Positions 36,745 to 48,617 of a stretch of 64,000 bases of DNA are shown piece after piece. Under the pieces are notes generated by a model. That model worked only from the letters and a program-made list of their open reading frames with translations, searched no databases and had not been told where the DNA came from. Made by a program: the position numbers and the translations under genes. Origin of the DNA: Felis catus (lineage: Eukaryota); the NCBI RefSeq assembly GCF_018350175.1, contig NC_058368.1, positions 69,876,001 to 69,940,000 of the forward strand, in the 5' to 3' direction. Position 1 is the stretch's first letter. Every line of letters begins with the position of its first letter.

Positions 36745-37600
36745 ATCCTGCACTCCTAGGCTCCATGACCACAGTCAGTTGGACTGAGGTGGAGACACCT
36801 GGTTCAAATTAAGTCAAGAGATTCTCTCTCCTGGGAGGATGGAACAGGGATGCAGAGACTATCAGTCTCTTCCAGGCACTCTCATGGGAAGTGATAGGAC
36901 ACAGAGCCTGGAGCAGCCGTACCTGACCCAAACGCAAGAGATAGCAGAGAAGGTTGGGCAGTGAGTAAGAGAGAGAGAGAGAGAGGGTGGGGGTGGGGGG
37001 GGGAGGAAGCAGGCACAGGGAAGGAAGCAGAAAGACTACAGCAGACACAGCTGTGGCCCTGCCCAGACCCCCGTGGTTTCCTTTCACCGGTTCTGAGCAT
37101 GCCCATTGCCAGCCTCTGTAAGTGACTCTCTGAGGAGTGCCCTTGGGCGCTGGGGCCACCCATCCATTTAGAGAGCCTGAAGCCCCTGGGAGTTTCTATT
37201 CTTCCCCCATGCTCATGCCCAGCCCCACAGACTATAATCATCAACTGAGTGGTGCAAGCACAAAAGTCCAGTACCTTTGCTTGAGGCAGAACAAGGTCTG
37301 AGGTCTAATTTGCACTCTTGACCTCGCCATTCCCCTCAGAACACCTCACTTACACCCTAATCCTTGGTGTTTGGAAGAACCTGACAGAATAGATGGGAAG
37401 CCATGCAGCCCAGGGAAACAGAAACCAAAAAAGCCTTGAGCCTGAGAGGTTAGGTCCTGGTCTGGGTCCCTCGGGACGCCCAGGCTTTCTCCTCTGTGGG
37501 TGCTTTGGCCTACTCCTGAACTTCACTCACTTCTCCCTTGGGGTTAAGCCTGAACCAGCCAGTCTCTCTGATGTATTACCCAAAACACCTTACTTGGGCA
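36745..37600 (+). mobile_element. Old MLT1-like LTR relic containing an LTR16-like ERVL LTR (~37060-37386)
   Basis: CACCTGGTTCAA...AGAGATTCTCTCTCCTGGGA (MLT1-like); CTTGAGGCAGAACAAGGTCTGAGG and terminal GGAAGAACCTGACA (LTR16-like). Confidence 0.5.
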
Positions 37601-38594
37601 TCTAGCATTTCTTGGCTACTGACAGAGTTACTGTCCTCCAAATTTCTCAGACTTCCACTGGGATCGATGTTTTTTTCCAGTTGGTCAGCATCTGGGAGAT
37701 GAATTTATCAGCAAGACAAGTTTGTAATTTATCAGAGGCTCTACTTTTACTGGAAAGGGGCATCTGGCAGAATTTCTAGACCTTTAAGTCTAGAAAATCA
37801 CTGCCATGTTTGGCCATGCTGATGCTTTTATATTTATTTTTAGACCTTTAAACACTAAATAAAAACATATTTATTTATTACAAAATACATATTTAATATA
37901 TGTAAATATGATGTATATACATATATATACACACATATGTGTATAATTATATTTGTGTCACTCTGACCTGAGAACAAATTTTTTACTGTAATTAACAGCC
38001 TTAAAAGTATTATTTTAGTGGAAAATTCATGTCTTTGCCCTTTTATCCAAAAGTCTATTTATAGGAAAAAAACCCACAAGCTCAGGTCCCTTATTTGGTG
38101 TTTTTGTCTTCCTTTTACTATAGCCTGACTAACAAAGATATTTTTGTTGTTGATACGGAATTTCTTAATTTTTTTCTTTACGTTTCTTTCCTAAATGCCA
38201 GGCACTTCTTTGTATATTAGTTATCAAGTTCCTCCCCGGCCGTGATGGAAGGAGTGCTGTTTAACAGGCGTCTCTGTCAATGAATTAGGTGTTTCCATCA
38301 TACTGAGGATACATTTTACAACAACTGATAAGTGTAGGAAACGAATAAAGGAGGGGAGGGCAGTCTCCACGGACCTACCAGAACCCACGTCCCTCAGGTC
38401 ACCTCCCCTCCCAGGCTTCCATTTGCTCCTTGATGAAATTGTGAAGTGGGTGTGAAGGACCTTGATTCTCATAGTGCTTTAAAAGGGAAACATAGAAAGG
38501 AAATGTCAGCCCAATAGACTCGGAGAAGCAAGGATCAGAAATTAGTTCTCATTCCTCATTCACCAATTTTCTTTTTAAAGGTTTTTGAAAACAG

Positions 38595-38907
38595 TTTATT
38601 TATTTATTTTGAGAGAGAGAGAGAACATACAAGAGTTGGGGAGGGGCAGCGAGAGAGGGAGAGAGAGAGAATCCCAAGCAGGCTCCACACTGACACCGAT
38701 GCTGGGCTCGAACTCACAAACAATGAGATCATGACCTGAGCCGAAATCAAGAGTCAGACGTTTAACAGACTGAGACACCCAGGTACCCCTTTTTTTAAAA
38801 AAAATGATTTTATTTTTAAGTGATCTCTGCAGCCAACGTGGGGCTTGAACCCACAACCCTGAGGTCAAGAGCGGCGTGCTCACTGACTGAGCCAGCCAGG
38901 TGCCCCC
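38595..38907 (-). mobile_element. Two tandem Can-SINEs
   Basis: Heads ending at 38789 and 38907. Confidence 0.9.
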
Positions 38908-39979
38908 GATTTTCGTTTTTCCATCTTTAAGGCCTTGTGCTTTTCCGCTTTCTCCCCAGACTGCTTTGTTTTCAGCTGCTCTTTCGACGCCCTGATCACT
39001 GTCCACCTTTAAACACATGAGCAATGCTTAGGAGCTCCAAATATTTTCATCCCACGGGTCACTGGACTTGCTTTTGTTGAATGCCGACCGCGAATCTGGA
39101 GAGCCCTTTACATAGCACCGATTGTGCAATGTCGGTCCATGCTTGCTAAGTGGCTGGATCCAAGAAGCAGAGAGAGGATATAGAAATCCCCTGGGAAAGA
39201 AAGCGAGGGCCCCAGGGTTCTACTTACTTAACGATCACAGAGCATTCGTTCTTTTGGAGCCCAGTTTAGATCTAAACCTCAGGACCTACACCCTTCAGGA
39301 TAGCTGGGATTGTGTTATAACCACATAAGTAACCATCACAAAACTCCAAGAGGGAAGTATCGGTATCGCTGATTTAATTAATTCTAATATATATTTAAAA
39401 GAATTTTTTTTTCTTTCACTAACATCTCAGCATCCTGATGCACCGTACAATTGATGGCCTTCTGCAATCAGTATGGGCCAGAAGCAGCCCGCACATAGTT
39501 GTCTTTGCCTCCGCATACCCAGCCTTGGTCATTGCTGGTGAAGTTTGCATTTCGCCTGAGCTACGTGCATTGTTGGGACTATGTGTGAGCCCAGAAAATC
39601 ATGAAAATAGAGCTGGAAATTTGCTCTTAGAGAAATGATCACACTTCTTCTTGCAAAGCAACCCCCAAGGGCTTCATGGACCTAAGGAAAGAAAACTCCC
39701 CTACAGGTAGGTGAAGCTGTGTTATCTTCAGTTACTGAGATGTGCACAAAGGGACTGCCCGTTGCCTGCCAAACAATGCAATAGGAGGCGGGAGAAATTG
39801 CCAGATTTCTGGCCTAGATGAAAGAAATTTCAGTGCCACGAGAGGCCGGTGTAACCAGTCCATGCGCTGTACAGGGATATTGTTCAAAGCAACATGTCAA
39901 AGTTTAATGGGTAATATCTGTCTTTCTTAGAAGTAAATAATGTCTGCTTCTAATCAAAAGCACCTTAGGTTTGATTAAG

Positions 39980-40115
39980 TATATTATCTCCATTTTGCAG
40001 ATTGAAGAAGAAATTAAATAATTTGCCCATTTCACTGTGTGAGGAAATTAGAGAGCCAGGATTCAAATTCCAGCCAGTTGGATTCTAGATCTCATGATTC
40101 TGATCACAAAACTAC
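39980..40115 (-). mobile_element. MIR relic
   Basis: ATTATCTCCATTTTGCAGAT...GAGCCAGGATTCAAATTCCAG. Confidence 0.75.
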
Positions 40116-40949
40116 ACAGCCCCCCCCCCACACACACACACCCTCCACAACATTTAACATGGTGCCTGGTAAAATAAATATTTGTCAATATAAACTAAAC
40201 TGTTTAAATAATGAAACTGTTATTCTCAGCAAGAAAAATAATCAAATATGTAGAGAATGTCTCTAAACATGGAAACATCATCATTCTTGTGGGAGAATAA
40301 TTCAGTTGCTTCCAAAGCTCTGAGCCCAGGGGTAACTGGGGAACCTCGAAGGACTGCATTCTCCACGTAACCTCAGATCTCCACGTAACTCAGATGACTG
40401 AGGGGGGAACACCAGGGGTGTGAACCAGATGTCAAGGGCTTGGGTCCATGGACAGTAGCATGCTCTTGGACCCCTGGCTCAGAGTTTGTAAGAGCTACCC
40501 CCGCCCCGCCCCGCCAAAGGCTAACTTCAACCCATCAACTCAACTATTTGACTTTGACTTGTTATTTTGTAATAACATTAATTTCTTTTTCTGATTACTA
40601 AAGTAACTCATTCAAAAACATTTTGAAAAATTCCTGAGGAAACAGCATCCACTGTTAACTCCCTGGCATACATACGTCTTCACGTTTTGAATCAAGTTGC
40701 TTTTGTAACCTTTTCTTTGACTTAGTATATTTTGTAAACACCTTTCCGTATATTAAACATCTAAAACATAGTATTCCATCAAGCAAATATTGTCATTTTT
40801 AACTCTTAAACATCTACAAAGTAGAAATATCATTTAGATAAGGTTTACCGTGTGTGTAGTAAGCCGTAAATAGACAATGGAATTTCATCCGGCAAGAGTT
40901 AAATGTAGCTGGTTTTTGAAAATGAATGGATGGAAAACTGTCTCTCTCT

Positions 40950-41170
40950 TTTTTTTTTTTTATGTTTATTTATTTATTTTGAGAGAGAGAAAGAGAGCAC
41001 CCACATCTGTGAGCAGGTAAGGGGCAGAGAGAAGGAGAGAGTGAATCCCAAGGAGGCTCCTCACTGTCTGTGCAGAGCCCAACAAGGGACTCGATCTCAC
41101 AACCTGAGCTCATGACCTGCGCCGAGATCAAGAGTCAGCCACTTAACCAACTGAGCCACCCAGGTGCCCC
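40950..41170 (-). mobile_element. Can-SINE
   Basis: Ends CTGAGCCACCCAGGTGCCCC. Confidence 0.92.
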
Positions 41171-41271
41171 AGGAAACGGTGTTCTGCGTGTCCCCTTGAG
41201 ATCCTCCCTTCCTGCCCCTTCCCCAACCTCCCAAAGCAAAGGCTTCTTTTTTATGTTTACGTGAAATAGGA

Positions 41272-42480
41272 CACATCAGTTCCCCAGGGGTGAGGTAACA
41301 AAGCACCACAAACTGGGTGGCCTACAACGACAAAAATTGATTCTCTCACAGTTGGAGCTACAAGTCCAAATTCAAGGTGTCGACAGGGCCGTGTCCACCC
41401 TGAAGACTCTGGGGTAGGCTCCTTCCTCACTTCTGGCTGCCATTAATCCTTGGCTTCCTTGGGCTTCTAGAAACGTCACGGCAATGCCTGCCTCCACCTT
41501 CGTGAGGTCTTCCCAGTATATCTCATCTCGTCACACGGCCTCCTCCCCTGTAGTCTCTTCTCTTCTTTAGGACCCCAGTCACCCTGGATTAAGGGCCTCC
41601 TCTCCATCTTTTTTTCTCTTATTATCATTATTTTCGTATTGCGCTTAAAATACACATAACATAAAACTTACCATTTTAACGAGCTTCTAGTATACAATTC
41701 TGTAGCAGTAAGTACATTCCCATCGTCATTCGATCATCTCCACTATCCACTTCCAGAACGTTTTTAATGTCCCAAACTGAGTCTGTGTACTCCCATTAAA
41801 GAATAGCTCCCTTGTGCCCTCCTTTCATCTCCTGGTGGCCTCTGTTCTACTTTGTGTCTCTATCCATTTGTCTGTTCCTAGGAACTTCTTATAAGTGGAG
41901 TCTTACAAGTATTTAACCTTTTGTGTCTGGCTTATTTCATCATAGTATGTTTTTAAGGTTCCCCCATGTGGTAGCATGGGACACACTTTCAATCTTTTTC
42001 AAGGCTGAATAATATCCCATTGGATGTATATTGTGCATTTGTCAATCCATTCATCTGACGATGGGCATTTGGGCTGTTTCCATCCTTTGGCGATTGTGAG
42101 TGATGCTGCTGTGCGTACCATTGCATAAGAATCTGTCTGAGTGCCCGCTTTCAATTCTTCTGAATATGTGGCTAGAATCAGAATTGCCGAATCACGCGGT
42201 AATTCTATGTTTGATTTTTGGGGAACCGCCAACCTGTTTGCCACAGTGGTTGCGCCATTTTATGTTCCCATCAGCAATGCACAAGGGTTCCAGTTTTTCC
42301 ACATCCTCACCGACTTGCCGTTTTCTCTTTTCTCCATAATAGCCATCCTAATGGGTACGAGCATGACCTCATCCTAACTAATTGCATTTGCGAAGATCCT
42401 ATTTGCAAGCAAGGTCACGTTCTGAGGTTCCAGGAAGGACAAGGATCTGAAGGTAGGAAGGACTCTATGAAACCCTGTCC
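41272..42480 (-). mobile_element. MLT1C-like LTR split by an L1 (MA/MB-like) 3' fragment (41610-42357, -)
   Basis: CACCACAAACTGGGTGGC...GGATTAAGGGCC, then an L1 whose minus ORF gives AKGWKQPKCPSSDEWI; LTR resumes ATGACCTCATCCTAAC...AAGGTCACGTTCTGAGGTTCC. Confidence 0.85.
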
Positions 42481-42726
42481 TGTGGTAAAGAGGCTTTCCC
42501 TTAGGCAGAGTGCGATTAAAGAGCACAGTTCCCAGAAATAACATTTACCAAAGATAGACTCTTATGTATAACTTTGAATCTGAGTAATGATGGAGGTTAA
42601 AGGACAGAAATCAATAATGTTTTCCTCATGTTCATGGCTGAATTGTTGTCTGTTATGGAAGAAAACAGTGTTGAACTAACCAACCTGACTGAAAAATGGA
42701 TATCTATTTATCATGGGTTTAAAATA

Positions 42727-43385
42727 GTGCCTGGGTGGCTCAGTCAGTTAAGCACTGGACTTTGGCTCAGGTCACGATCTCATGGTTCGTGAGTTCGAGA
42801 CCCACATCAGGTTCACTGCTGTCAGCTCTGAACCTGCTTAGGATCCTATGTCCCTCTCTCACTCTGCTCCTCCCCTGCTCACATGCTCTCTCTTCTCAAA
42901 ATTAAATAAGCATTTTTAAAAAATAAAAAAACAAGGGAAGCCTGTGTGGCTCAGTCGGTTAAGTGTCCTGATCTCATGGTCCGTGAGTTTGAGCCCCACA
43001 TTAGGCTCTCTGCTTTCAGTGCAGGGCCTGCTTTGGATCCTCTGTCTCCCTCTCCCTCTGCCCCTCCCCAACTCACGCTCTCTCTCCCTCTCTCTCAAGA
43101 ACAAACATTTAATAAAACAACAAAAATAAAGTAAAAAATAATAAATTGCAGGGTGCCTGGGTAGCTCAGTCAGTTAGGCGTGTGAATATTGATTTCTGCT
43201 CCGGTCATGATCTGATGGTTCATGAGACTGAGCCCCAAGCTGGGCTCTGTGCTGACAGCATGCGGCTGGCTTGGGATTCTCTCTCTCTCTCCCTTGTTCT
43301 CTGCTCCTCCCTCGCTCACGCTCATGCATGCCTGTGCTCTCTCTCTCTCTCAAAATAAATAAACATGAAAAACAAATAAATAAAA
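42727..43385 (+). mobile_element. Three head-to-tail Can-SINEs
   Basis: Heads at ~42727, ~42935, ~43150, each with a tail. Confidence 0.9.
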
Positions 43386-43794
43386 CAGTAAATGGCAAAA
43401 CCATTCTGAAAAAGGAACTTAGCAAGTGACAGCCAAGAGAAAGGCAACAGTGGGCTAATTATCTCTCTGGATATACAGTGTGTTTGAGGGTTGTATGGAG
43501 CTTGGGTGCTGACTTCAGTGGCCGTTGAGAAGTTTCAGATCTTTCCTCCCTTGGGTGTGTGCTCTGAGAGCTTGCCCTGCAGAGATTATGGATGGCCTTG
43601 GTTGGGTCAATGTCTCTGAAAGAGAGAGAGCATGTGTGTTTGAGGTGTGGCACATGACAAGGCGATGTACTTATTAGTTCTGGGTGAGCACATGAATATG
43701 TGGCTAGAATCAGCCACATGTAGGAGCACATGACTACTCCTACATCATTTCCTATTCCTTGCTCCTTGCGGGTAAATTTGTAAAAAAAAGAATT

Positions 43795-43824
43795 TTTTTA
43801 ATGTTTATTTATTTATTTATTTTT

Positions 43825-43856
<32 letters not shown>

Positions 43857-44606
43857 GCATGAGCAGGGAAGGGGCAGAGAGAGAGGGAGACACAGAATCC
43901 GAAGCAGGCTCCAGGCTCTCAGCTGTCAGCATAGAGCCCGACGTGGGGCTCGAACCCATGAACTGTGAGATCATGACCTGAACCCAAGTCGGACACTTGA
44001 CTGACTGAGACACCCAGGCACCCCGGCAATTTTTTTTTTTAAATAAACTTTATGCCCAGTGTGGGCCTCGAACCCATGACCCTGAGATCGAGAGTCACAT
44101 GCTCTATTGACTGAGCCAGCCAGGCACCCCTCCTAGTCAGTAAATTTTTTTTAATATTAAAATAATCAAAATCCATAAAAAGAAAATACACAATTGTCTG
44201 GTCATTTTATTTATTTGAGAGGAGAAATGTATTCTGATGGGATTAATTATTAATTAATTATTGGATCAATAATTAATTAAAAGCTGTGATTCTAGAGTGC
44301 CTGGATGACTTTTGTCACAACCTCAGTCTCCAATCTAGTGTTGTTCTTTGACAAATGGGGATATCGTGCCTACTTTCCTAACCCCAGTGGCATTTGGGGG
44401 ATTAGTGATATATTTTTTTAATGTTTATTCACTTATTTTGAGGGGGCGGGGAGAGAGTGGGGAGAGGGACAGAGGGAGAGGGAAAGAGAATCCCAAGCAG
44501 GATCCACGCTGTCAGCGCAGAGGCTGACTTGGGGCTCAGTCTCATGAACCGCGAGATCATGACCTGAGCGGAAATCAAGAGTCGGACTGAGCCACCCAGG
44601 CGCCCC
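43795..44606 (-). mobile_element. Three Can-SINEs (43795-44024, 44030-44130, 44415-44606)
   Basis: SINE motifs on the minus strand. Confidence 0.9.
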
Positions 44607-44990
44607 AAGGGGATTAAGTAATATTCTTGAGGGTTGTGTCTCAGGGCCTTCTCTTTCCTTCTGCATTCATTGTCCAGCCCCAGCTCACATACCCTCGGTT
44701 GGTACTTGGAGATAGAGGTCTCCAGCCCGGGCACCTTTGCTGAGACCGGACCCTAACACCCAGCTGCCCACTAATCACCTTCACAGGGTGCCCAAACATA
44801 GGCGTTCAGACTCACCACGGTCAGGATTGACGACCATCTTTCCTTATGAATCTTTTCTCCTTTCCGGTTTCTCTGTCTCTGAACACCAACAACATCCCAC
44901 CCTGCGGGCTCCACAGGCAAAGCGGGGGGTCACCCTTGCTGCTTCTCCCTCCCTTGCCCACAGTATACAACCAGACACTCACCAAAGCCT

Positions 44991-45535
44991 TGGTAAAGAT
45001 TCTCTTCTTGACCAAACCACAGCCAGGCTCCTTTGAGCCCTTCCTTGACTAGGCCTCAACCTCGGCCTATGCAGACTTGAACAGACGCTAACACAGTTGT
45101 TAACAGTTTGCAGCCGCATCCTCTAGATGACCCTAGGGCCCCCCACCTCCCACTGGAAGTGCCTCTCTGAGAAAACTCAAGGCTGCCCAGATAACTGATG
45201 GTCCCAGCCAAACCTGCCGGCAGGGCCCCTGACTCCCGGCCTCTGGGGGAGTGTGGGAGCCTAACTTCCACAAAGGTCAGTTAGCAAACCCAGGCGGTTT
45301 CACGGGGACCAGCACTGCCTTCCTGCTCTTCCTGCTTGCTGTAACTTTTCACTTCCCTGACCCTTCTCAAACCCCTGTGCCCCTACCCCTTCCTCCTTCT
45401 CCCTTTAAAACGCCCAGTCACCTCTGCTCAGATGGGAAAGAAACTCAGAAGCTCAGTGGTGGCCTCTGTTGTCAGCAGTTACTGAGTGAGGTCTGTTCTC
45501 ACCGCTTTAATGTCCAGCCATGTGTATCTTTGACA
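44991..45535 (+). mobile_element. MER67-like ERV1 solo LTR inserted in an L2 relic (44740-45745)
   Basis: TG...CA termini (TGGTAAAGATTCTCTTCTTGACCAAAC ... ATCTTTGACA); CTGAGAAAACTCAAGGCTGCC and CAGTTAGCAAACCCAG motifs; L2-like sequence on both flanks. Confidence 0.75.
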
Positions 45536-46499
45536 CCCTCTCGGTTCCATCCACGTCTCTCCGCTCCTTCAGTTCTGGCCACCATCATCTCTCCCCTGGA
45601 CTGCTGCCTCCCAAAGAGGTCCCGGCCCCCAGACTTGCCTTCCCGCAACCCACCTTCCCACTCTCTGCACGGAACAAATTTGGCCGGTGCGCCCTCCACA
45701 CCCTACGCAAAGCCCTCAGAAATGGCTTGCCCTTGCTCTCAGGATGCCAGAAGTTCTCCAGAATGGTCTGCAGTAGGCAGCCTGTTGACGACCAAATTAG
45801 CAAACTCAGGAGGAGTTGGTTGGGAAGCAGAATCCTTTGGGGCCGGCTGACCTCTCCTCTTCCTCCCTGCCTCCAGGGGGATTGTGACTCTGCCCCTGCA
45901 CCTCTCCCAGTCCTCCCAGGCCCGCTCCTCCCAGGCCCGCTCCTCCCCGGCTTCCTTGGTGCAAGACTCCAGGTCTCTGGAGGAAAGGGGCATCAGGAAG
46001 GGGTAGGGCCGCTTTTCTGTTTTCCTTTTATTTCTTAACGCAACGTTGTCTGCACACAGCTCCGCTCCCTGTTGCAGGGTGCCCTAACATTTTCCTTTCA
46101 TTTAACCTTTACCTTATTTAACCTTGTGAGCTGAGTTTGGTTGTGATTTCCATTTTATGGATGAGCACACAGGCTTGGAGAACTTAAAACGCTTGCCCCC
46201 AGCCCCCCAGTCGGCATAGAGAGGACCTACATTCAAGTCTTCCACATCCGAAGCAATATTTTTGTTCTTCCACTCCCTCGGCTCCTTGGCTCCTCTTTCT
46301 CCGACATGCCCACTGTTTCGGCAGCCCTACTTCCTTCTGCATTTTAAATTCTGTTGCAAGGGAAGTGTTTCTCCTGGTTTCCTGTCTCAGCGTTCCGTGC
46401 TCTTCTGCCCCTTCTGTGTTCCACGGGGCTGACGGCGATCTGCCACTGAAAATGCATCTTCTTACTTGAAAATCTAATTTTTGGGGCCAAGTAATTTAC

Positions 46500-48580
46500 A
46501 TAAATGGCTCAAAAATTAAGCATACAGTGAGGCAGGTCATGGTCATTGTGTTTCTGCTGTTACTCTCTGTCTTTCTGTCCCCCCTCTACTCTTCCCCACC
46601 AATAACCACTTCTGTTATTTCCTTGCTTAGTTTTCCAGAGTTTCTTTGTGTGACACAAGTACCGACGTCAATGCTTATATTCTTTGTGTTTTGCACGGAG
46701 TGCTGCATACCTCATGCACCATTCTGCACCTTGCTTTTTTTTCCCTTAACGATAATATATACTGGAAATCGTCCAGTATCAGGGCACGGAAAGTTCCCTC
46801 ACTCTTTTTGATAGCTGCAGAGTAGTTCAATGGATGGAGATATTCCGTGATTGATTTAACTTGTTCCCTAGTGATAGAATCTGGCTAGTTTCCATTCTTT
46901 AAGTATTACAAAACCATGCTGGAATAACCTTGGATATACCTCATTTTGCACACATAGCACAAATATGCCTAAGTCAGAGAAAATATTTGATAGAAAGTGC
47001 CAAATCTTCTAATATACGTTAATATACATTCGCCCCAGCAATGAATGACAGCGCTTGGTCAGCAGTCCATGCTGTTGAACTTTGATATTTTTGCCAGTCT
47101 TATAGACAAATGGCAGCATATCCCTGTAGCTTTAATGTGCATTTTGCTTATGTAAGGGGACTGTCTATTCATATTTTAAAAGTCATTTGTATTTCCTTTA
47201 ATGTGAATTGTCTGCTCATATCATTTGATCTTTCAGAGAGTAGGTGTTTAGGCCTTGCTATTGACATTTAGGAGCTGTTTATACATTGAGGAGGATAGTG
47301 CTTTGTGATATGAGTCATATGAATATTCTTCCCATCTTTGATGTTTATCTTTTTAAATTTTTTAATGTTTATTTATTTTTGAGAGTGAGAGAGAGAGACA
47401 GAGTGTGAGCAGGGGAGGGGCAGAGAGAGAAGGAGACACAGAATCCGAAGCAGGCTCCAGGCTCTGAGCTGTCAGCACAGAGCCCGACGCGGGGCTTGAA
47501 CTCACGAACTGCGAGATCATGACCTGAGCCAAAGCCAGACGCTTAACCGACTGAGCCACCCAGGCGCCCCATTTGACGTTGATCTTTTGAATTTGCTTAG
47601 GATGCTTTTTTGCCAAGCAAAACGTAGTTTTCTTCTTAAAGACTGGAGATTCACTTTTGGGGTGGGGGGAAGTGTACAGGTCCACACACGTGTAGATCCA
47701 TGGAATCGCCATCACAATCAAGATACAGAACAGTGCCAACGCCCCCAAAATGCTGTGGTGCTCTTTGTAGTCATGCTCTCCCCCTGCCTAGAAACCACTG
47801 ATATGTGCTCCCTAACATTTTTTTTCTTTTTAAGAATATTTTATAAATGGGATCACATAGTACCTAAGCTTTTGAGACTGCCTTATCTCAGCATAATGCC
47901 TCTAAGACTCATCCAAAGTGAGACCGTAGCATCCGCTTGTTCCTTTCAATTGCTGAGTAGTAGCCCATTTTGCAGGATGTGTCACATTTGGTTTATCCAT
48001 TCAGCCTTGGGAGGACATTTGACGGGTTTCCAGTTTGGGGCAATTATGAATAGAGCTGGATAAGCACTTACGTACAGGGTTTTTTGTGTGAATATAGAGT
48101 AGATACAGAGGAGTGGGGTTTCTTGGTTGTATGTTTGGCTTTGTTTTTTAATTAATCATCTCAGAGAGGGAGAAAGCACGCACGTGCGCGTGCGCAAGGA
48201 AGGAAGGGGCAGAAGGAGAGGAAGAGAGAGAATCTTCAGCAGGCTCTACGTCCAGTGCAAAACATGTTGAGGGGCTTGATCTCACCACCCTGGGATGGTG
48301 ACCTGAGCCGAAATCAAGAGTCGATGCTTAACCCACAGCCATCCAGTCGCCCTGTGTTTGAATGTATAGGAAGTTGCCAATTATTTTCTAGAGTGGCTGT
48401 ATTATTTTGCGTTCCTACCAGCAAAATTGCTTTCCATCCTCCCCAGCAATTGGTGCTGACAGTATCATTTTCATTTCAGCCATTTTATGTATTTAAAAAA
48501 AATTTTTAATGTTAATTTATTTTAGAAAGCACGCATGTGAGCCGGGGAAAGGGACGGAGGGAGGGAGGGAGGGAGGGAGG

Positions 48581-48617
<37 letters not shown>

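Larger units (their letters stand above)
35655..37800 (-). mobile_element. L3/CR1 LINE fossil, ORF2 endonuclease through start of RT, interrupted by LTR relics
   Basis: Colinear CR1-like peptides on the minus strand: KSRASDKLQTCLADKFISQ (37748-37692), TLDFRK (36535-36518), VQEGWG (36444-36427), VMIND.RE (~36137-36114), LDALNEFKSPGPGRLFPRAL (~35741-35682). Confidence 0.72.
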
